From Octopus vulgaris (lineage: Eukaryota), in NCBI GenBank assembly GCA_951406725.2, contig OX597822.1, positions 930,001-994,000 of the forward strand: a DNA stretch of 64,000 bases, read 5' to 3'. Each line of letters starts with the position of its first letter. The first letter of the stretch is position 1. Below the pieces are notes generated by a model, which worked only from the letters and a program-made list of their open reading frames with translations, was not told the DNA's origin and did not search any database. This document shows, piece after piece, positions 24,000 to 38,210 of this stretch. Both the position numbers and the translations under genes were made by a program.

Positions 24000-24915
24000 T
24001 CTTATGTCCCGTACTCTCTTTTTCTTCCCCCTGCCTCCTCCCTTTTCTCCTCTCCTTGCTTCCTCTCCTTCCTCTTCGCCGTATATTCTTCTACTTCCTC
24101 CACCTCCTCTTCTTTTTCTTCTTCTTCTTCTTCTTCTTCGTCCTCAACCCCTACTCTCCTTCTCTTCCTCCTCCTCCTTCTCTTCCTCTTCCTCCTCTTC
24201 CTACTCCTTCTCTTCCTTCTCCTTCGCTTCCTTCTCCTTCTCTTCCTTCTCCTTCTCTTCCTTCTCTTCCTCCCCTTCCGTCTCCTCTTCCTTCTCTTTC
24301 TCTTCCTCCTCTCCTTCCTTCTTCTCTTCCACTTCCTTCCTCCCCTTCGTCCTCCCCTCCCCCTCCTTCTTATCTTCCTCTCCTTCCTCATCCACTTCCT
24401 CATCCTCTTCCTCCACTTCCTCCACTACCTCCTCCTTCTCCTCTTTCTCCCCATCCTCCTACTCTCTTTAATTTTTCTTATACTTCTTTTCCTCATTCTA
24501 TTTCATTCCTTTCTCTTTATCTTCCTTCAACCTCCTCCTTCTGTTCTTCTTCTTGTTCTTCTTGTTCTTGTTTTTGTTGTTGTTGTTGTTGTTGTTGTTC
24601 TTCTTCTTCTTCTTCTTCTTCTTATTCTTCTTCTTCTTCTTCTTCTTCTTCTTCTTCATCATCATCATCATCATCATTGTCAGTCTTCATTACTCCCCTT
24701 CACATTCTCTCCATCTCTCTATCCTTCTTCATCCCATCTTCCTTTACAATCGTTACTGATCTTCTTTCACGTCTCCTTCACAAACTTTTCCCTTTTCTTT
24801 CTTTTAAAGTTTCTTCCTGCATTCCTTCTGTCTTTTAATCTTTTCTTTCTCTATCTCTTCCAATCACCGTTTGCTTTTTCCTTTGTTCGTTTGTTGGTTT
24901 GTTTCTATCCTTGTT

Positions 24916-24961
<46 letters not shown>

Positions 24962-24971
24962 TTTCTTTGCT

Positions 24972-25007
<36 letters not shown>

Positions 25008-25469
25008 TTTTATTCTTCTCTTTCCCTCTTTCTTTTCCTTTCTTCTCTTTCTTTCTTCCTTGTCTTTCTTCAATTTCTTTCTTTCTTTCCTTCCTTCTTT
25101 CTTTCTCTTTCTTTCTTTCCTTCCTTCCTTCCTTCTTTCTTTCTTTCTTTCTTCCTTCTCATTCTTCCTTCTCTTTCTCTCTTTCTGTCTTTCCTTCCTT
25201 CTTTGTTTCTTTTCTTTTCTCTTTTTCTCTCTTTCTTTCCTTCCTTCCTCCTTTTTTTCTTCTCCTTTTTACTATTTCGTTCTTTCTTCCTTTCTTTCTT
25301 CCTATCTTTGTCTTTCTTTTTCTTTCGTCGTTTCATTCTTCCTTATTCCATTTATAACTGGTCAAACATCATCACACTACAAAGCTACTACACGACCGCA
25401 ACAACAATCAACACTACCACCACCGCTATCAATTCAAGACCACTGTATGACACACCATCTCCTCCACCG

Positions 25470-25527
<58 letters not shown>

Positions 25528-25790
25528 AACCACTGTCGCTACCACGGCCTCTAAAACCACAGCAACAACCATCATCATTGCCACCGCCGCCATCACCGCC
25601 ACCACCGCCACCACCGCCACCACCACCACCGCCACCACCACCACCACCACCACCACAACAACAACAACAACAGCAACAACAACAACAACAACGAAAACAA
25701 CAACAATGTCAACAAGAACAACAACGCTCACCATCACCACAACTACCTCCTCCAGAACCACCACCACCACCACCACCACAGCCAGCATCG
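24000..25790. repeat. long pyrimidine-rich low-complexity tract (CTT/CCT/CTTT) plus TAC/CCA/CAA triplet repeats
   Basis: Direct inspection. Confidence 0.9.
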
Positions 25791-26495
25791 TTTGTAACGA
25801 TCTCGTTAATGGTTCGTTGATGCCTTCATCTGAATAGATAAACAGATTCTTTTGTTCTTTAACTTTCTTTAAATGTTTGACCAGAATTGACTTTTCACGC
25901 CATCTGGTGTGAATTACGGCACTGAATACAAACAAACAAACGAAGAAACAAACACATAAACACATTACACACAAACACGATTATAATTCAAACAGCAAAA
26001 TATATTTTGAGAAATGAGAATGTCCTAATCGCATTAAAAATAAAAGAAATAAACACAGAACATCTTTTACTGTTTGAATTATTTTTATTCGTCAACGTGT
26101 CGAGCAAAATGATCGGCACTATTTCTTCCGGGTCTTTACGTTCTGAGTTCAAATCCCACCGAGATTAATTTTTGCATTTCATCCGTTCGGGGGCAATAAA
26201 ATAACATACCAGTCTGGTGCTGTGGTCGAATATTGGCTTGTAAAGCTTTAGCTTATAATAAGTAATAAAGGCCAAAGGTTTCTATCTTGTTATCTGTAAA
26301 TTAGTACCACACGAATGGCAACGTAGCAAGAGTTTGAAATGGTGCTGGCAGCTGAAGCACTTACACACAAGTCTGATAATTCTTTTAAAACATGTATCTG
26401 CTATCTACCCATACAAATATACACACATGCATACACCATATGCATAATATAGTTCTGTACAGAAGACACTTAATACACCATATATATAATATGGT

Positions 26496-26800
26496 GGAGG
26501 CACATGGCCTAGTGGTTGGAGTAGCGAACTCGCGGTCGAGGGATCGCGGGTCCGAATCTCAGAACGGCCGATGTGTGTGCTTTTTGAGCGAAAACATCTA
26601 AGCTCCACGCGGCTCCGGCAGAAGGTAATGGCGAACTTCTGCTGACTCTTTCGCCACAACTTTCTCTCAATCTTTCCTCCTGCATCTTGCAGTTCACCTG
26701 CGACGGACCGGCGTCCCGTCCAGGTGAGGAACCTATACGCCAAGAAACCGGGAAACCGGCCCTTATGAGCCAGGCGTGGCTCAAGAAGGAACAAACAACA
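26496..26800 (+). mobile_element. tRNA-derived SINE family C
   Basis: gaggcacatggcctagtggtt...ggtccgaatctc head; pairs with 20640-20928. Confidence 0.85.
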
Positions 26801-27324
26801 ATATGTATAATATAGTTCTGTATAGAAGACACTTAATAGTGCCCAAAAGATTCAACCTCAGACTCCGATGTCTTTACAGGGGACCACTCCATAAGGTAAA
26901 GAAAGGCTATAATAGGGACCAAGTTGAGCGAGTATAAAGACAATCATTGAGATATGCAAATTAGACACATTAAGTATGTTAAATATATCAAGTACATCAA
27001 ATATGTATGTCTAATTTGCTTATCTCAATAATTGCTTCATTACTCGCCCAACCTGATCCCTCATATATATAATATATACACATATATATATGCATACATG
27101 CATTTAAGTTTACCAAATGGTCTTTGTTTAAACTGTAGTGTCAATGCCATGTTTCTGGTGTGGAAACCGACTGTCCATTCGAAGGAAATTTTAGAAAATA
27201 TAACCAGAAAAATAACATAACAAAATCTTTGGCACACTCTCAAACGGATTGGCAAACGTACAAAGATGCATGAGGACCTTGATACATATACATTTTATGC
27301 TGTACTGCAGAATATTCTTTTATT

Positions 27325-27533
27325 CTTTTATTTGTTTCAGTCATTTGACTGTGGCCATGCTGGAGCACCGCCTTTAGTCGAATCAAAGCGACCCCAAGAC
27401 TTATTTCCTTGTAAGCCTAGTACTTATTCTATCGCTCTCTTTTGCCGAACCGCTAAGTTACGGGGATCTAAACACACCAGCATCGGTTGTCAAGCGATGT
27501 TGGGGGGACAATCACAAATATACACAGACATAC

Positions 27534-27577
<44 letters not shown>

Positions 27578-27715
27578 GACGGTCTACCAAATCCACTCAC
27601 AAAGCTTTGGTCGGCCTGAGGCTAGAGCAGAAGACACTTGCCCAAGGTGCCACGCAGTGGGACTGAACCCGGAACCATGTGGCAAGCTATTTACCACACA
27701 ACCACTCCTGCACCT
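27325..27715 (-). mobile_element. SINE family B (uninterrupted apart from small deletions)
   Basis: Aligns to 11695-12076 plus 18761-18800. Confidence 0.85.
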
Positions 27716-28139
27716 GATAAAAGGCAAGGTCGACCTCGGTGGAATTTGAACTCAGAACGTAAAGTACCAGAAGAAACGTGCTAAGCATTTTGTCCACTGT
27801 GCTAATGGTTCTGCTATCGATAAATTTTAGCTAAGACTGTCACGGACATATGCAAATGAAAGACGGAAGATGGAATATACGAGAATTTTTATATATCACG
27901 ACATATATTTGGACACATCTAACATCGATCCCTCACGGGTGGGATACTTAACAAATGGTCCGGGAGCATCCGGCGATGCAGATGTGTCTCATCGGGTGAT
28001 AAATACGTATAACTCGATCTTCTCATTTTGTGGGAAGAAAAGCAGCAAAACAAAGGATATATCTTCATTTATATAGAAGATAAAAAATAAAATCCCAGCT
28101 GCAAAAAAGAAAAAAAAAAGAAACAGATAAGCAACACAC

Positions 28140-28298
28140 ACGACGGGATTCTTTCAGTTTCGTCTCTTAGATCCACTCACACGGCTTTGGCCGGCTCCAG
28201 GCTATAATTGAAGACACCTTCCCAAGGAGTCAGGCTGTGGGACTGAACCTGGAACCAAGTGGTTGGGAACCAAACTTCTAACCGTATAGCCACGCCTA
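28140..28298 (-). mobile_element. SINE family B 5' half
   Basis: gggactgaacctggaacc...atagccacgcct. Confidence 0.7.
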
Positions 28299-28324
28299 CA
28301 TACATACATACATACATACATACA

Positions 28325-28358
<34 letters not shown>

Positions 28359-28434
28359 CATACACACACACACATATATATGCATACATACACACACACA
28401 TATATATATGCATACATACATATATATATACATA

Positions 28435-28467
<33 letters not shown>

Positions 28468-28546
28468 TATATATGCATATATATATATGCATATATATAT
28501 ATGCATATATATATATACATACATATATATATATATATATATATGC

Positions 28547-28629
<83 letters not shown>

Positions 28630-28637
<8 letters not shown>

Positions 28638-29159
28638 TGAGGGTACTACTATTCGTAGATACCAACACGCTAAGAGGGACCAATGCGGTCAAAACTACTA
28701 AAAATAAACAAAATTTTACCGAATGCAAAACTTCAAAACACATCATTTTAAAAAAGATGTTGAAGACACCTGCCCTGACTCCTTGGGCAGGTGTCGAATT
28801 CTACGGTTGGCTATCGAGCTTGTAATGTTATGTTTTTCTATTATATTTCTTGAGTTTGTTGCACTGATGAACATAGAAATGCATATTCTGCATTTAAATG
28901 CGAAATCACATGTGGTATGTAACTGAATTCTTTTTTAAAATGATGTGTTTTGAAGTTTTGCATTCGGTAAAATTTTGTTTATTTTTAGTAGTTTTGACCG
29001 CATTGGTCCCTCTTAGCGTGTTGGTATCTACGAATAGTAGTACCCTCAATATAATATAAATGAATATTTTCAAAGAGGAGGAATTTACGGATTTTTTCTC
29101 TTACGAGGTTTTTCACGCTGACTACTGATAATTTCTTTTAAAGATTTTATCCTCAATTG

Positions 29160-29165
<6 letters not shown>
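28630..29165 (+). mobile_element. PLE-type terminal-repeat remnant with about 128-bp inverted repeat
   Basis: 28630-28758 is the reverse complement of 28929-29057; homologous to 481-835. Confidence 0.75.
28858..28923 (+). ncRNA. type I hammerhead ribozyme motif (paralog of 525-588)
   Basis: gttgca-CTGATGA-acat...atgc-GAAA-tcac at gtgg-TA-tgtaac; base of stem II is an A-C mismatch. Confidence 0.7.
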
Positions 29166-29202
<37 letters not shown>

Positions 29203-29854
29203 ATATATATATGCATATATATCATTGTATGGATTAGGCTATTGGAACTTGCTAAACACCGCTGGTCCCAATACGCTTCCTCACATTGGTGTAGCTATCA
29301 AATCATGGCACCACGCCCTGCAGGTAGGTCTATAAGTAACCGAGGTCGTAACCCTTGTCGTAAACTGAGTTTTGCTGACCCGCCCAGTCCGGGAATGGAA
29401 ACCAGGGTCTTGCCACCCCGAATGCAATGCGTTAAGCCCAAAGTACTAGGACACTTGTGTGGGAAGATTATAAATGAAGTCAATCGAAAGAAAGGGAGCA
29501 AGTAGATAAATGCGGCTTAACACTCCCTTAACAATGGAATAGTCATTAATTAAAATCCAGAAAGATCTGAAAAAGAAAATAAGTATTTGTATAAGCAAGT
29601 CATTTGAGATTGGTCGGTGTCAACGGAAGAAACTGTATTTTACATCAACGATATTTTATCAGAAAACTTTATTCTAAATCAGTTGTAAGCGATACCGGTG
29701 CGTATTTTGGTGTGTAATATCATAGATCATGTTTTAATTTAAGTGTAATTCAAGCTTACGAATGGACAAAGGTTATGAAGATATTTTCTGCTCGAATGAA
29801 ACCTGCATTTAACCAGAAAAACAAGAACGACAGCAACCGTATGTGTGTGAGTCT

Positions 29855-29900
<46 letters not shown>

Positions 29901-30146
29901 GCGCGTGCGCGCGTGATTGTTGGTTAACCCTAAGAGGACTCTGATAGATGTGACCTGCAATACAAATGGCTTCTACACCATGGTAACTTGTATGGTTTTG
30001 AAATCTTTATATACTCCAGATTGCATTCGCACTCTTTACGTTTTTATGCTGCGTAGCTATTATATCGCGACAATGTTCCCGTTTGTGGTGACAATCGCCA
30101 ACACCCGATTTAAAAGATTTGAATGCAAATTTCAAGTTAATTTTAT

Positions 30147-30594
30147 GGATCTTTTCGGTTTGAACGGCAGTTTTTTCTAGCGGTGTCATATGAAATTGTC
30201 ACCAATAATTATGACCCTAGTATCGATCTATTGCATTTCAATCTGTTTTAGGGTTAGGGTTAGTTAGGGTTAATTAGGGTTAGGGTTAGGGTTAGGGGTA
30301 GGGGGAAGGGTATTTTTTTCTTCATAAATGTAAATAAACCCAATCTGTTTCTTAAACGAGGGACATATTCATACGGCACAGGATGCTTTTTAACTCAATA
30401 GACGTCACTGATTGGTTGAAATTGCAGAAATTGAAGAAAAAAAACCAACAAATATCTTACAAACTATAGAATTTTCTAAATAAAGCCAAGAGAAAAAGAT
30501 GTTTTATAAACACATTCTACCAGTATACGAAGTTTAACATTTTTTAGTTACCTAGAAATTATGTTAAAAACTGCCGTTCAAACCGAAAAGATCC
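30147..30594. mobile_element. non-autonomous DNA transposon (MITE) with 29-bp TIRs, 8-bp TSD and internal TTAGGG repeats
   Basis: TIR ggatcttttcggtttgaacggcagttttt at both ends; aattttat duplicated at 30139-30146 and 30595-30602; (TTAGGG)n near 30248-30300. Confidence 0.9.
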
Positions 30595-30847
30595 AATTTT
30601 ATCTTAACCAGTAAGCTAGCTGTACTTAACTGATGTTTAACGCATAGATATACAGAAACCTACTATTTAACAGAAGATATATAAAATAATTAATCAACAT
30701 TTGCAATGGAAATGTAAACTTAAATATAGGGACGGCTGTGCTTAATAAGTTCGTTTTGAGAATATGTGGTTTCAGGTTCGAATCTCGCTGAGCGGCGCCT
30801 GAGGAATTTCCTTCCCTTGCGCCTTATCAGTGAATTTGTGTGTATGT

Positions 30848-30879
<32 letters not shown>

Positions 30880-30968
30880 ACACATACAAAGATATATAAT
30901 GATTTCGGTAGTTTTGTGGTATGGGAATATTCTTAATTGAGAACGGTAGTACATACATACATACATAC

Positions 30969-31136
<168 letters not shown>

Positions 31137-31279
31137 AATAAAAAGTATACAAAAAGTACAGGACAGTGTGTGGGGGGATATGTCCATACACACAGAAATA
31201 TCTGTGTATTTGTATGTATGTATGTATGTATGTATGTATGTATGTATGTATGTGTGTGTGTATATACATATATATATAT

Positions 31280-31344
31280 ATAATTGTCAAGACCTTTGTA
31301 AGGTTCAGTATATAGACTGAACCTTACAAAGTCTTGACAATTAT
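31280..31344. repeat. near-perfect hairpin (about 29-bp arms) at the start of a PLE-like remnant
   Basis: ataattgtcaagacctttgtaaggttcagt / actgaaccttacaaagtcttgacaattat. Confidence 0.8.
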
Positions 31345-31612
31345 TTTGTCGTATTTACATACCGAAATTTACCGGTAAATAATTGTTGGTTACATGAAAA
31401 ACCACAGGAAAATTATTTACCATTTTTATTGTATTACCATGTGGATTCCTCATTCCATTACGATTACCCAGAAGGCGCGCATGGCAGAATTTTGGAGGGA
31501 AAATTTACGTCCCCGGTCGTTACTTGGTTTTAACATCTGCGCACTTCCCCCCACTATCTGATGTCGCTGGGTCAGAAGTGAGGGCTGGTGGCATTTGATA
31601 AAGCTACCGAAT

Positions 31613-31684
31613 ATAGCGCTGATGACGGAATTCAAACTCCCCTTTTTTTATATGTTTGTGATCCAGAAACACCGTGTTCGCTAT
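31613..31684 (+). ncRNA. type I hammerhead ribozyme motif
   Basis: atagcg-CTGATGA-c gga...tcc a-GAAA-cac c gtg-TT-cgctat; perfect 6-bp stem I. Confidence 0.75.
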
Positions 31685-31861
31685 TAACGGTAAGTGACTG
31701 AATTCGTATATTTGCCACTCCGGTTTTGTGTATGTGAGCCGCAAGGGCCTTCGTTTTTGGAATCTCCACTTATAGAAATGGAAAAAACGGTCTTTGACTG
31801 CCATTTCTAATTCCTTCGGTATGAGGCGAAACAACTTGCTGCTAGCCAACTTATTTTTCTT

Positions 31862-31939
<78 letters not shown>

Positions 31940-31941
<2 letters not shown>

Positions 31942-32150
31942 GAGTGGGTGCTGAAAAGTTTCTGACTTTGGGTAAAAGAAAATACAGGAGGATCAGTTAA
32001 TTTCTTCAACATATTCCCCTCTCAGATTCACACACTTATTGCAGCAGTCCTTCAGTTTTTCTAAGCCCAGTAAAAGAACTCAGAAGGTTGGGCCTCCACC
32101 TAGGCCTTTCGTGACACCCTTAAAGTCAGGAACCTTTCAGTACCCCCTTG
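31940..32150. mobile_element. mariner-type MITE
   Basis: Imperfect TIRs acgagtgggtgctgaaaagtttctgacttt / aaagtcaggaacctttcagtacccccttgt, TA at the right end. Confidence 0.7.
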
Positions 32151-32186
32151 TATATGTATGTTTTATATATATATATATCTAGACCG

Positions 32187-32214
<28 letters not shown>

Positions 32215-32218
<4 letters not shown>

Positions 32219-32870
32219 CGGTCTAGCTCATTTCTGCTGTTTACTACAGCACTGCTTGGAAGGACGGTGCGTAACGTATGATTGTTGCAATACTCACAAC
32301 AGTGAATGCTGTCAAGGCGATTCCTGCTCGGAGGCCTAAGCAAAGTCTGCAAAATGTGTATGGAGAGGAGTGTATGACCCGCACGCATGTGTACGAGTTG
32401 TTCAGACGTTTCCAAGATGGCCGTAAAAATGTCGATATTCACTAACGTTTTGGGCGACGACCCGCAACCAGCAGAACTTCGAAAAACATCGTAGATGTGC
32501 ATGCAGCTGGTAGGGGAAATCGTCGAATCAGCAGTTTTCAGAGGATGTGCAGATTAATTACGGTTCAGTTCAGTCCATTATCACTGAAGATGTGGGTATG
32601 AGACGTGTGTCTACCAAGTTTGTGCCAAAACTGTTTTCAGCTGACCAAAAAGACACTCGAGTATCAGTTGCACAAGTTCTCCTTCATTGTATTGAGAACG
32701 ATGAAAACCTTTTGAAAACAGTGCGTAGGCCTCTGAGCAGGCATCGCTAAGCTTTTAGCAAAATTTGATGCAGATTCTCTGCTCAACTTTCTCTGTCATG
32801 GTCAATTCAACGATCATACGCTCCTTCAAAGCACTGCTGTAAACAGTGAATGTGAACTAGAACGTTAAAA
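32215..32870 (+). mobile_element. mariner transposase N-terminal fossil flanked by inverted repeats
   Basis: LQNVYGEECMTRTHVYELFRRFQDGR (Mos1-type HTH) and GMRRVSTKFVPKLFS (WVPHEL-like) motifs; 32217-32264 inverted at 32822-32866. Confidence 0.75.
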
Positions 32871-32984
32871 CTTAATGAGCATGCACAACAGAGTTCAAGG
32901 TCAATCTATGCCAAGCGGCTCTACTCTGCGTGATTTAGCTTCGTGACTATGGCGACAGTCCGTATACTTATTGATCGTCTCCCG

Positions 32985-33234
32985 TATGAAAGCTGCCATA
33001 GACAGAGTAATGTCCCAAATGAACCAAGACCACTCGATTCGAGCACGTAGATGATTTAGATCTCATATAGAAGCAGTTGTTGAAGCTGAAAGTGGCTTTA
33101 TTGAAAAATATCATAGAAACAAAGGTTTATGTTTATCCTCACTGCATTTTTTGATAAAGTTATTATCTGTTATTATATATCTATGTCTCTTTTATAAACT
33201 TAAATCTGTCCTGAAATATCTTACACATCATGTA
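32985..33234 (+). mobile_element. Tc1/mariner (maT-like) 3' end fossil
   Basis: KAAIDRVMSQMNQDH.IRA..FRSHIEAVVEAESGFIE; ends in a TIR-like sequence plus TA. Confidence 0.6.
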
Positions 33235-33522
33235 TAAAACTGAGCTGTGTGTGTGTGTGTGTGTGTGTGTGTCTGTATGTGTGCATCATTAAAACTCGAG
33301 AACTACCCGACCTATTTCATTTACATTTTACACATGTATTACTTAGGGTCCATGGAGTATCGTGGGCTAAAATATTTCGACTTCTTGCCCAACGCGAACC
33401 TTGAGCAATCTCTTAGACTCTTTTGGTATTATGTATCAAAAGTGAAACAGTAACATCACTATGGTAATGTGATAGAATAGTCTCACTTTTATATTGTTCC
33501 ACTATGTATATATATAGATGTT

Positions 33523-33582
<60 letters not shown>

Positions 33583-33951
33583 CTAGCAGTATCATCCGGT
33601 GTTGCTTGGGTTTGTTTCGACCCTTTAGAATTGGAATTTTTGAAAAGTAAAAATTTTGCATTATACAACTTTTATCCAGTTGAAATACACCGAAAAATGG
33701 TGACACAGCAATAAAAAAATCGTAGAAAAATAGGGATTTTCATAGAAAAAAAGCACTTTTTTTATGTAAATAATTTTTGGTGTTAACATGGTCCGATTTG
33801 AATTTTATCTTCTACAGAATGAAGAGCAAGCCTTCTTCTATCATACTCTCAATTTTGGTCAACTTGCGCTGCAGGGTCTCGAAGGAGATAGTGTTAGTTG
33901 AAGGCTACCAAACCTGTCACACACAGACAACTTCAGCTTTATATATTTAGA
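33583..33951 (-). mobile_element. non-autonomous Helitron
   Basis: Minus strand begins a|TCtaaatatataaagctgaagttgtc and ends with a degenerate ccc aagcaacac cgg hairpin then CTAG|t. Confidence 0.7.
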
Positions 33952-34655
33952 TTTGCTACACAATACTTTCCATCCTTAATAATGACATTTGGTAGATCCA
34001 AAAGTTAAACACACAGACACACATACAGATACACACACAGACACACAAGTTGAGTTTTATATATATAGATTTCTCAACGGGGATTTCAGGGGAGAATTTC
34101 AGGGAGTCGCTGGCGATGTATCGTGATGATCAAAAATCCGGCCTGCTAAAATTTGGTTAAAGTGATTCAAACTGCAGACTCAACGCAAAATGGTCACATT
34201 TAATTCAAAGCGTTAAAAATGTTATGAAAACAATTGGTATGTGTTCACAAAGTCCAAAAGATTAATACGAAAAAACCCTCCAGGCTACATCCTGAATTTC
34301 TACAATGTTTACGGCGATTCGTTTTTATATCTTGATTTTTTATTTTTCATGCAATTTACGCATGCGTGCACGCGTGGTGAACACAGTTCACGTCAAACAG
34401 CTGACTGAGAAAAGTTCACTATTCAATGCATAGGATAAGGCCTAAACAAACACATTATCGATTTTTGCACTTGCGAGATGAATTTCGGAATAGAAATAGC
34501 GCAGTTCAATTTTCATTCGCCTAAACTTTAAGTGACCCATTTTTTGGTGGTTCTACGATTTGTTGGCTAGGAGGAGATGTGCCGCGAAGTTAAACACACA
34601 GACACGCACACAGATACATACACAGACACACAAGTTGAGTTTTATATATATAGAT
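33952..34655 (-). mobile_element. additional Helitron-like 5' ends, stacked
   Basis: aagttaaacacacagacac...aagttgagttttatatatatagat repeated at about 34002-34070 and 34587-34655. Confidence 0.5.
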
Positions 34656-34667
34656 ATATATAAATAC

Positions 34668-34828
34668 AGGCGGAGGCGTGGCTGTGTGGTAAGAAGCTCG
34701 CTTCCCAACTACATTGTTCCAGGTTCAATCCGCTGCGTGGCACCTTGGGCAACTGTCTTCCACTATAGTCTCGGGCCGACCAAACACTTGTGGGTGGATT
34801 TGGTAGACGGAATGTGAAAGAAGCCTGT

Positions 34829-34830
<2 letters not shown>
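34668..34830 (+). mobile_element. SINE family B 5' half
   Basis: ggcggaggcgtggctgtgtggtaag (A box) ... ggttcaatcc (B box). Confidence 0.8.
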
Positions 34831-34864
<34 letters not shown>

Positions 34865-34951
34865 GTACAAGGTAAGATAGGGGTTATGAATGGAACCCAC
34901 TATGGGATATCAGTTATCGAATATACTGCCGGTAAAGTACCCAAATACTAA

Positions 34952-35029
<78 letters not shown>

Positions 35030-35132
35030 GTATTTATGTGTTTGCATGTGTGTTTGTCCGCCCACACCATCGCTTGAAAACCAATGTTGGTGTGTTACGG
35101 CCCATAACATATATACACATATACATACACAC

Positions 35133-35174
<42 letters not shown>

Positions 35175-36128
35175 GCATATTACTACATCAATTAACCACC
35201 TTCAGAGGCCTTCAACTAGACTCCGAAAGGGAGATGTCAGAACAATCCTAGTGATTCAATCTTGCGTTCGATCCATTCTCGCACTGGGCCACTGTGCCTC
35301 CACTTATATGTACATACATACATACATACATACATACATACATACATACATACATACACACATATGCATACACACACACACACACACACATACACACATA
35401 TATATATATATGTATGTATATAATACAAAATGGCACAAGAACACAAAACATCTTGATAGACAAATACAAAGAAAACAAGGACGGGTCATTCGGAGTTTTC
35501 TTTCCTTAGTCAAGTTCGAGATTATCTTTGCAATTTCGGCTGGTTATACTCGAGATTGCTCCAATCTGGCCAGCCCCAAGGAAAAACTAAACTAAGAGCG
35601 TTAGATTCCTTGGAAGAAAGTGACGTCACCAACGGTTCAAACAACATGAAATACGAGTTAAATACGTTAACAACGTGAAAACAATGAGAAAACAGGACAT
35701 GTAAGCGCAGAGAAAGGACCCTTTATCAGTTGTGGGCTGTCTATCTACTCATCATTTCGAGCATTGAACGACAATATGTGTCTTGAAAGATAGTCGCTCC
35801 CATAAATTCTAAAATAACATTTATGATTTATGGAGGATCAAAGTTGGGAACAAAAATATGACAGTGGAGACATACAAGGAAACCGAACGGAAATAAACAT
35901 GGAAGGTCATTAGACCAGAACGCGCAGAAAATAGTGAACCGATATGTATATATTTATGTATGTATGTATGTATGTTTCTATGTATGAATATATATATATA
36001 TATATATATAATATATAATATATATTTTTAAATATTATACATACACACATACAAATTTATACATATGTGTGAGTACAAATGTCTTTATAACAATGTGTAT
36101 ATGTATATGCATATATCTATATCTATCC

Positions 36129-36210
<82 letters not shown>

Positions 36211-36227
36211 GTCTGTCTGTCTGTCTA

Positions 36228-36288
<61 letters not shown>

Positions 36289-36738
36289 AATGTGTGAGTG
36301 TGTGTTAGTATGTAGGTGTTTCTACACACACACACATACACACTGCGCGCGCACACGCACACAGATATACATACAGACTTCACACATTTACTGAGAATAT
36401 TTTTAACGATTTCACTTTTCGGCAGTGACGCCATGCTATGTATGGCAAGGTCAACTAAGGAAATCTTGTCTGTGTTACAAATAGAGACCTCCGTTGTTCA
36501 ATTCAACCAATCACTTCAGCCTGTCTTCTCGTAGAATTCTAGACACTTGTTTCGCCCAGACTAAATTACATGAAATCCAATCCTTTTTTTATATGAATAT
36601 TAGCAAAACCATATCATTTTCGTCTCTCACATCCAGTTCGAAACAGACTAGTCTCTTTCTGTCTGACTGTCTGTCTCTCTCTTCATATCCCTTTCCTACT
36701 CTCTCTCTCTCCCTCTTCTAGCTCTTTATCTCCCTCCG

Positions 36739-36798
<60 letters not shown>

Positions 36799-36993
36799 CT
36801 AGAAGGCAGTGATGCATTAATATAAATATATATGTGTGTGCGTGTGTGTGTATGTATGCATGTGTATATTTATGCCTTTATATATATGTGTGTGTATGTG
36901 TCTGTGTGTGTATATACACACATCCATACATACATATACATATATGAAACCACACTTTTCATATATGTATGTATGTATGCAGGTATGTATAAG

Positions 36994-37040
<47 letters not shown>

Positions 37041-38170
37041 TATCCGCTTGGATTGTTTTTGGTTTAAAAAATATATATTTCTATATTGATATATATATAT
37101 ATATATATATGGATGTGTGAAAATGCATTCAATTTATGTTGAGAGATGAAAATAGATTACATCCATATTCTGAGTACATACATGCATACATATTTGCACA
37201 CACGCATACATAGATAATGCTAATATATTTGTATTAAATTACGTATCAGTTTAACTAATATCGATATTGATTTCAAGTTTTTGGCACAAGGCCAGCACGT
37301 TTAGGGAGGAGGAAGTCAATTACATCGACGCCAGTGCTCAACAGGCACTTATTTTATCGACATAGCATAGTTAACCTCAGCAGGGTTACCGTAGGGGTTT
37401 CTTAAAACCCCTTCGGTAATGTGATGTTGTTGCTAAAACAGTATTCAATGTCATTTGTAAAAAAGATGAACCCCCGCCACCAGAATTTACAAACTATACT
37501 CCTGCGATTGATAAGCAATACCGCTACATGTACACATATTATCACAAGAAATATTGGTAGAACATTCCTAACACGATATCTACCAAATGCAAACCAAACC
37601 TAACTGGCCTGATATAGTTATTCGGGACGGAAAAGAAAGTTGTGTATTTTCATAGCAGTTTCTGTTCTGAAGGTGTGAAGACTTTTTCCCCAAAACAACA
37701 AGAAGAGATTTTTTTATGGACATCTATATTTCCGATGCTGTTTGCAAATTCACATGTATACACATAACTAGTAACAAATGTCTATGCGCTGACCTGGTCA
37801 AGCTAAGGCTTTCGGGCAAAGAAAAAGATCAGTAATATAAATATTCAAGATTTTCTGAAGTTCAACATGTAACGGTTATCATTCTTGCCATACAGATTCA
37901 AGAGATAAAGCTTTGTATTTTGTTTGAAACTAGCACCATTTTTCTGAATGTATTTCAATAACTAAAAGGTAGTGAAAACATACTTATATATATATATATA
38001 TTAGTACATGCATACGCATAATATTCCATCCATCCATTCATCCATCCATCCATCCATCCATCCATCCATCCATCCATCCATCCATACACCCATCCACCCA
38101 TCCATCCATACAGAATTCTGGTGCATCTAAATTAAGTACCATATTCATTTGAATCTAAATTTTTGCTGAA

Positions 38171-38202
<32 letters not shown>

Positions 38203-38210
<8 letters not shown>

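Noticed and set aside
23867-25974. Long ORFs (323 aa, 309 aa and others) rich in P/S/L/F/Q
   Set aside because: Translations of CTT/CTTT/CCA/CAA simple repeats with no domain content
26496-26575. tRNA genes at SINE heads (also 34668, 44900, 51965)
   Set aside because: A/B boxes run into SINE bodies and no complete cloverleaf is evident
30248-30300. Telomere or chromosome fusion site
   Set aside because: Short tract enclosed in a TIR/TSD-bounded MITE
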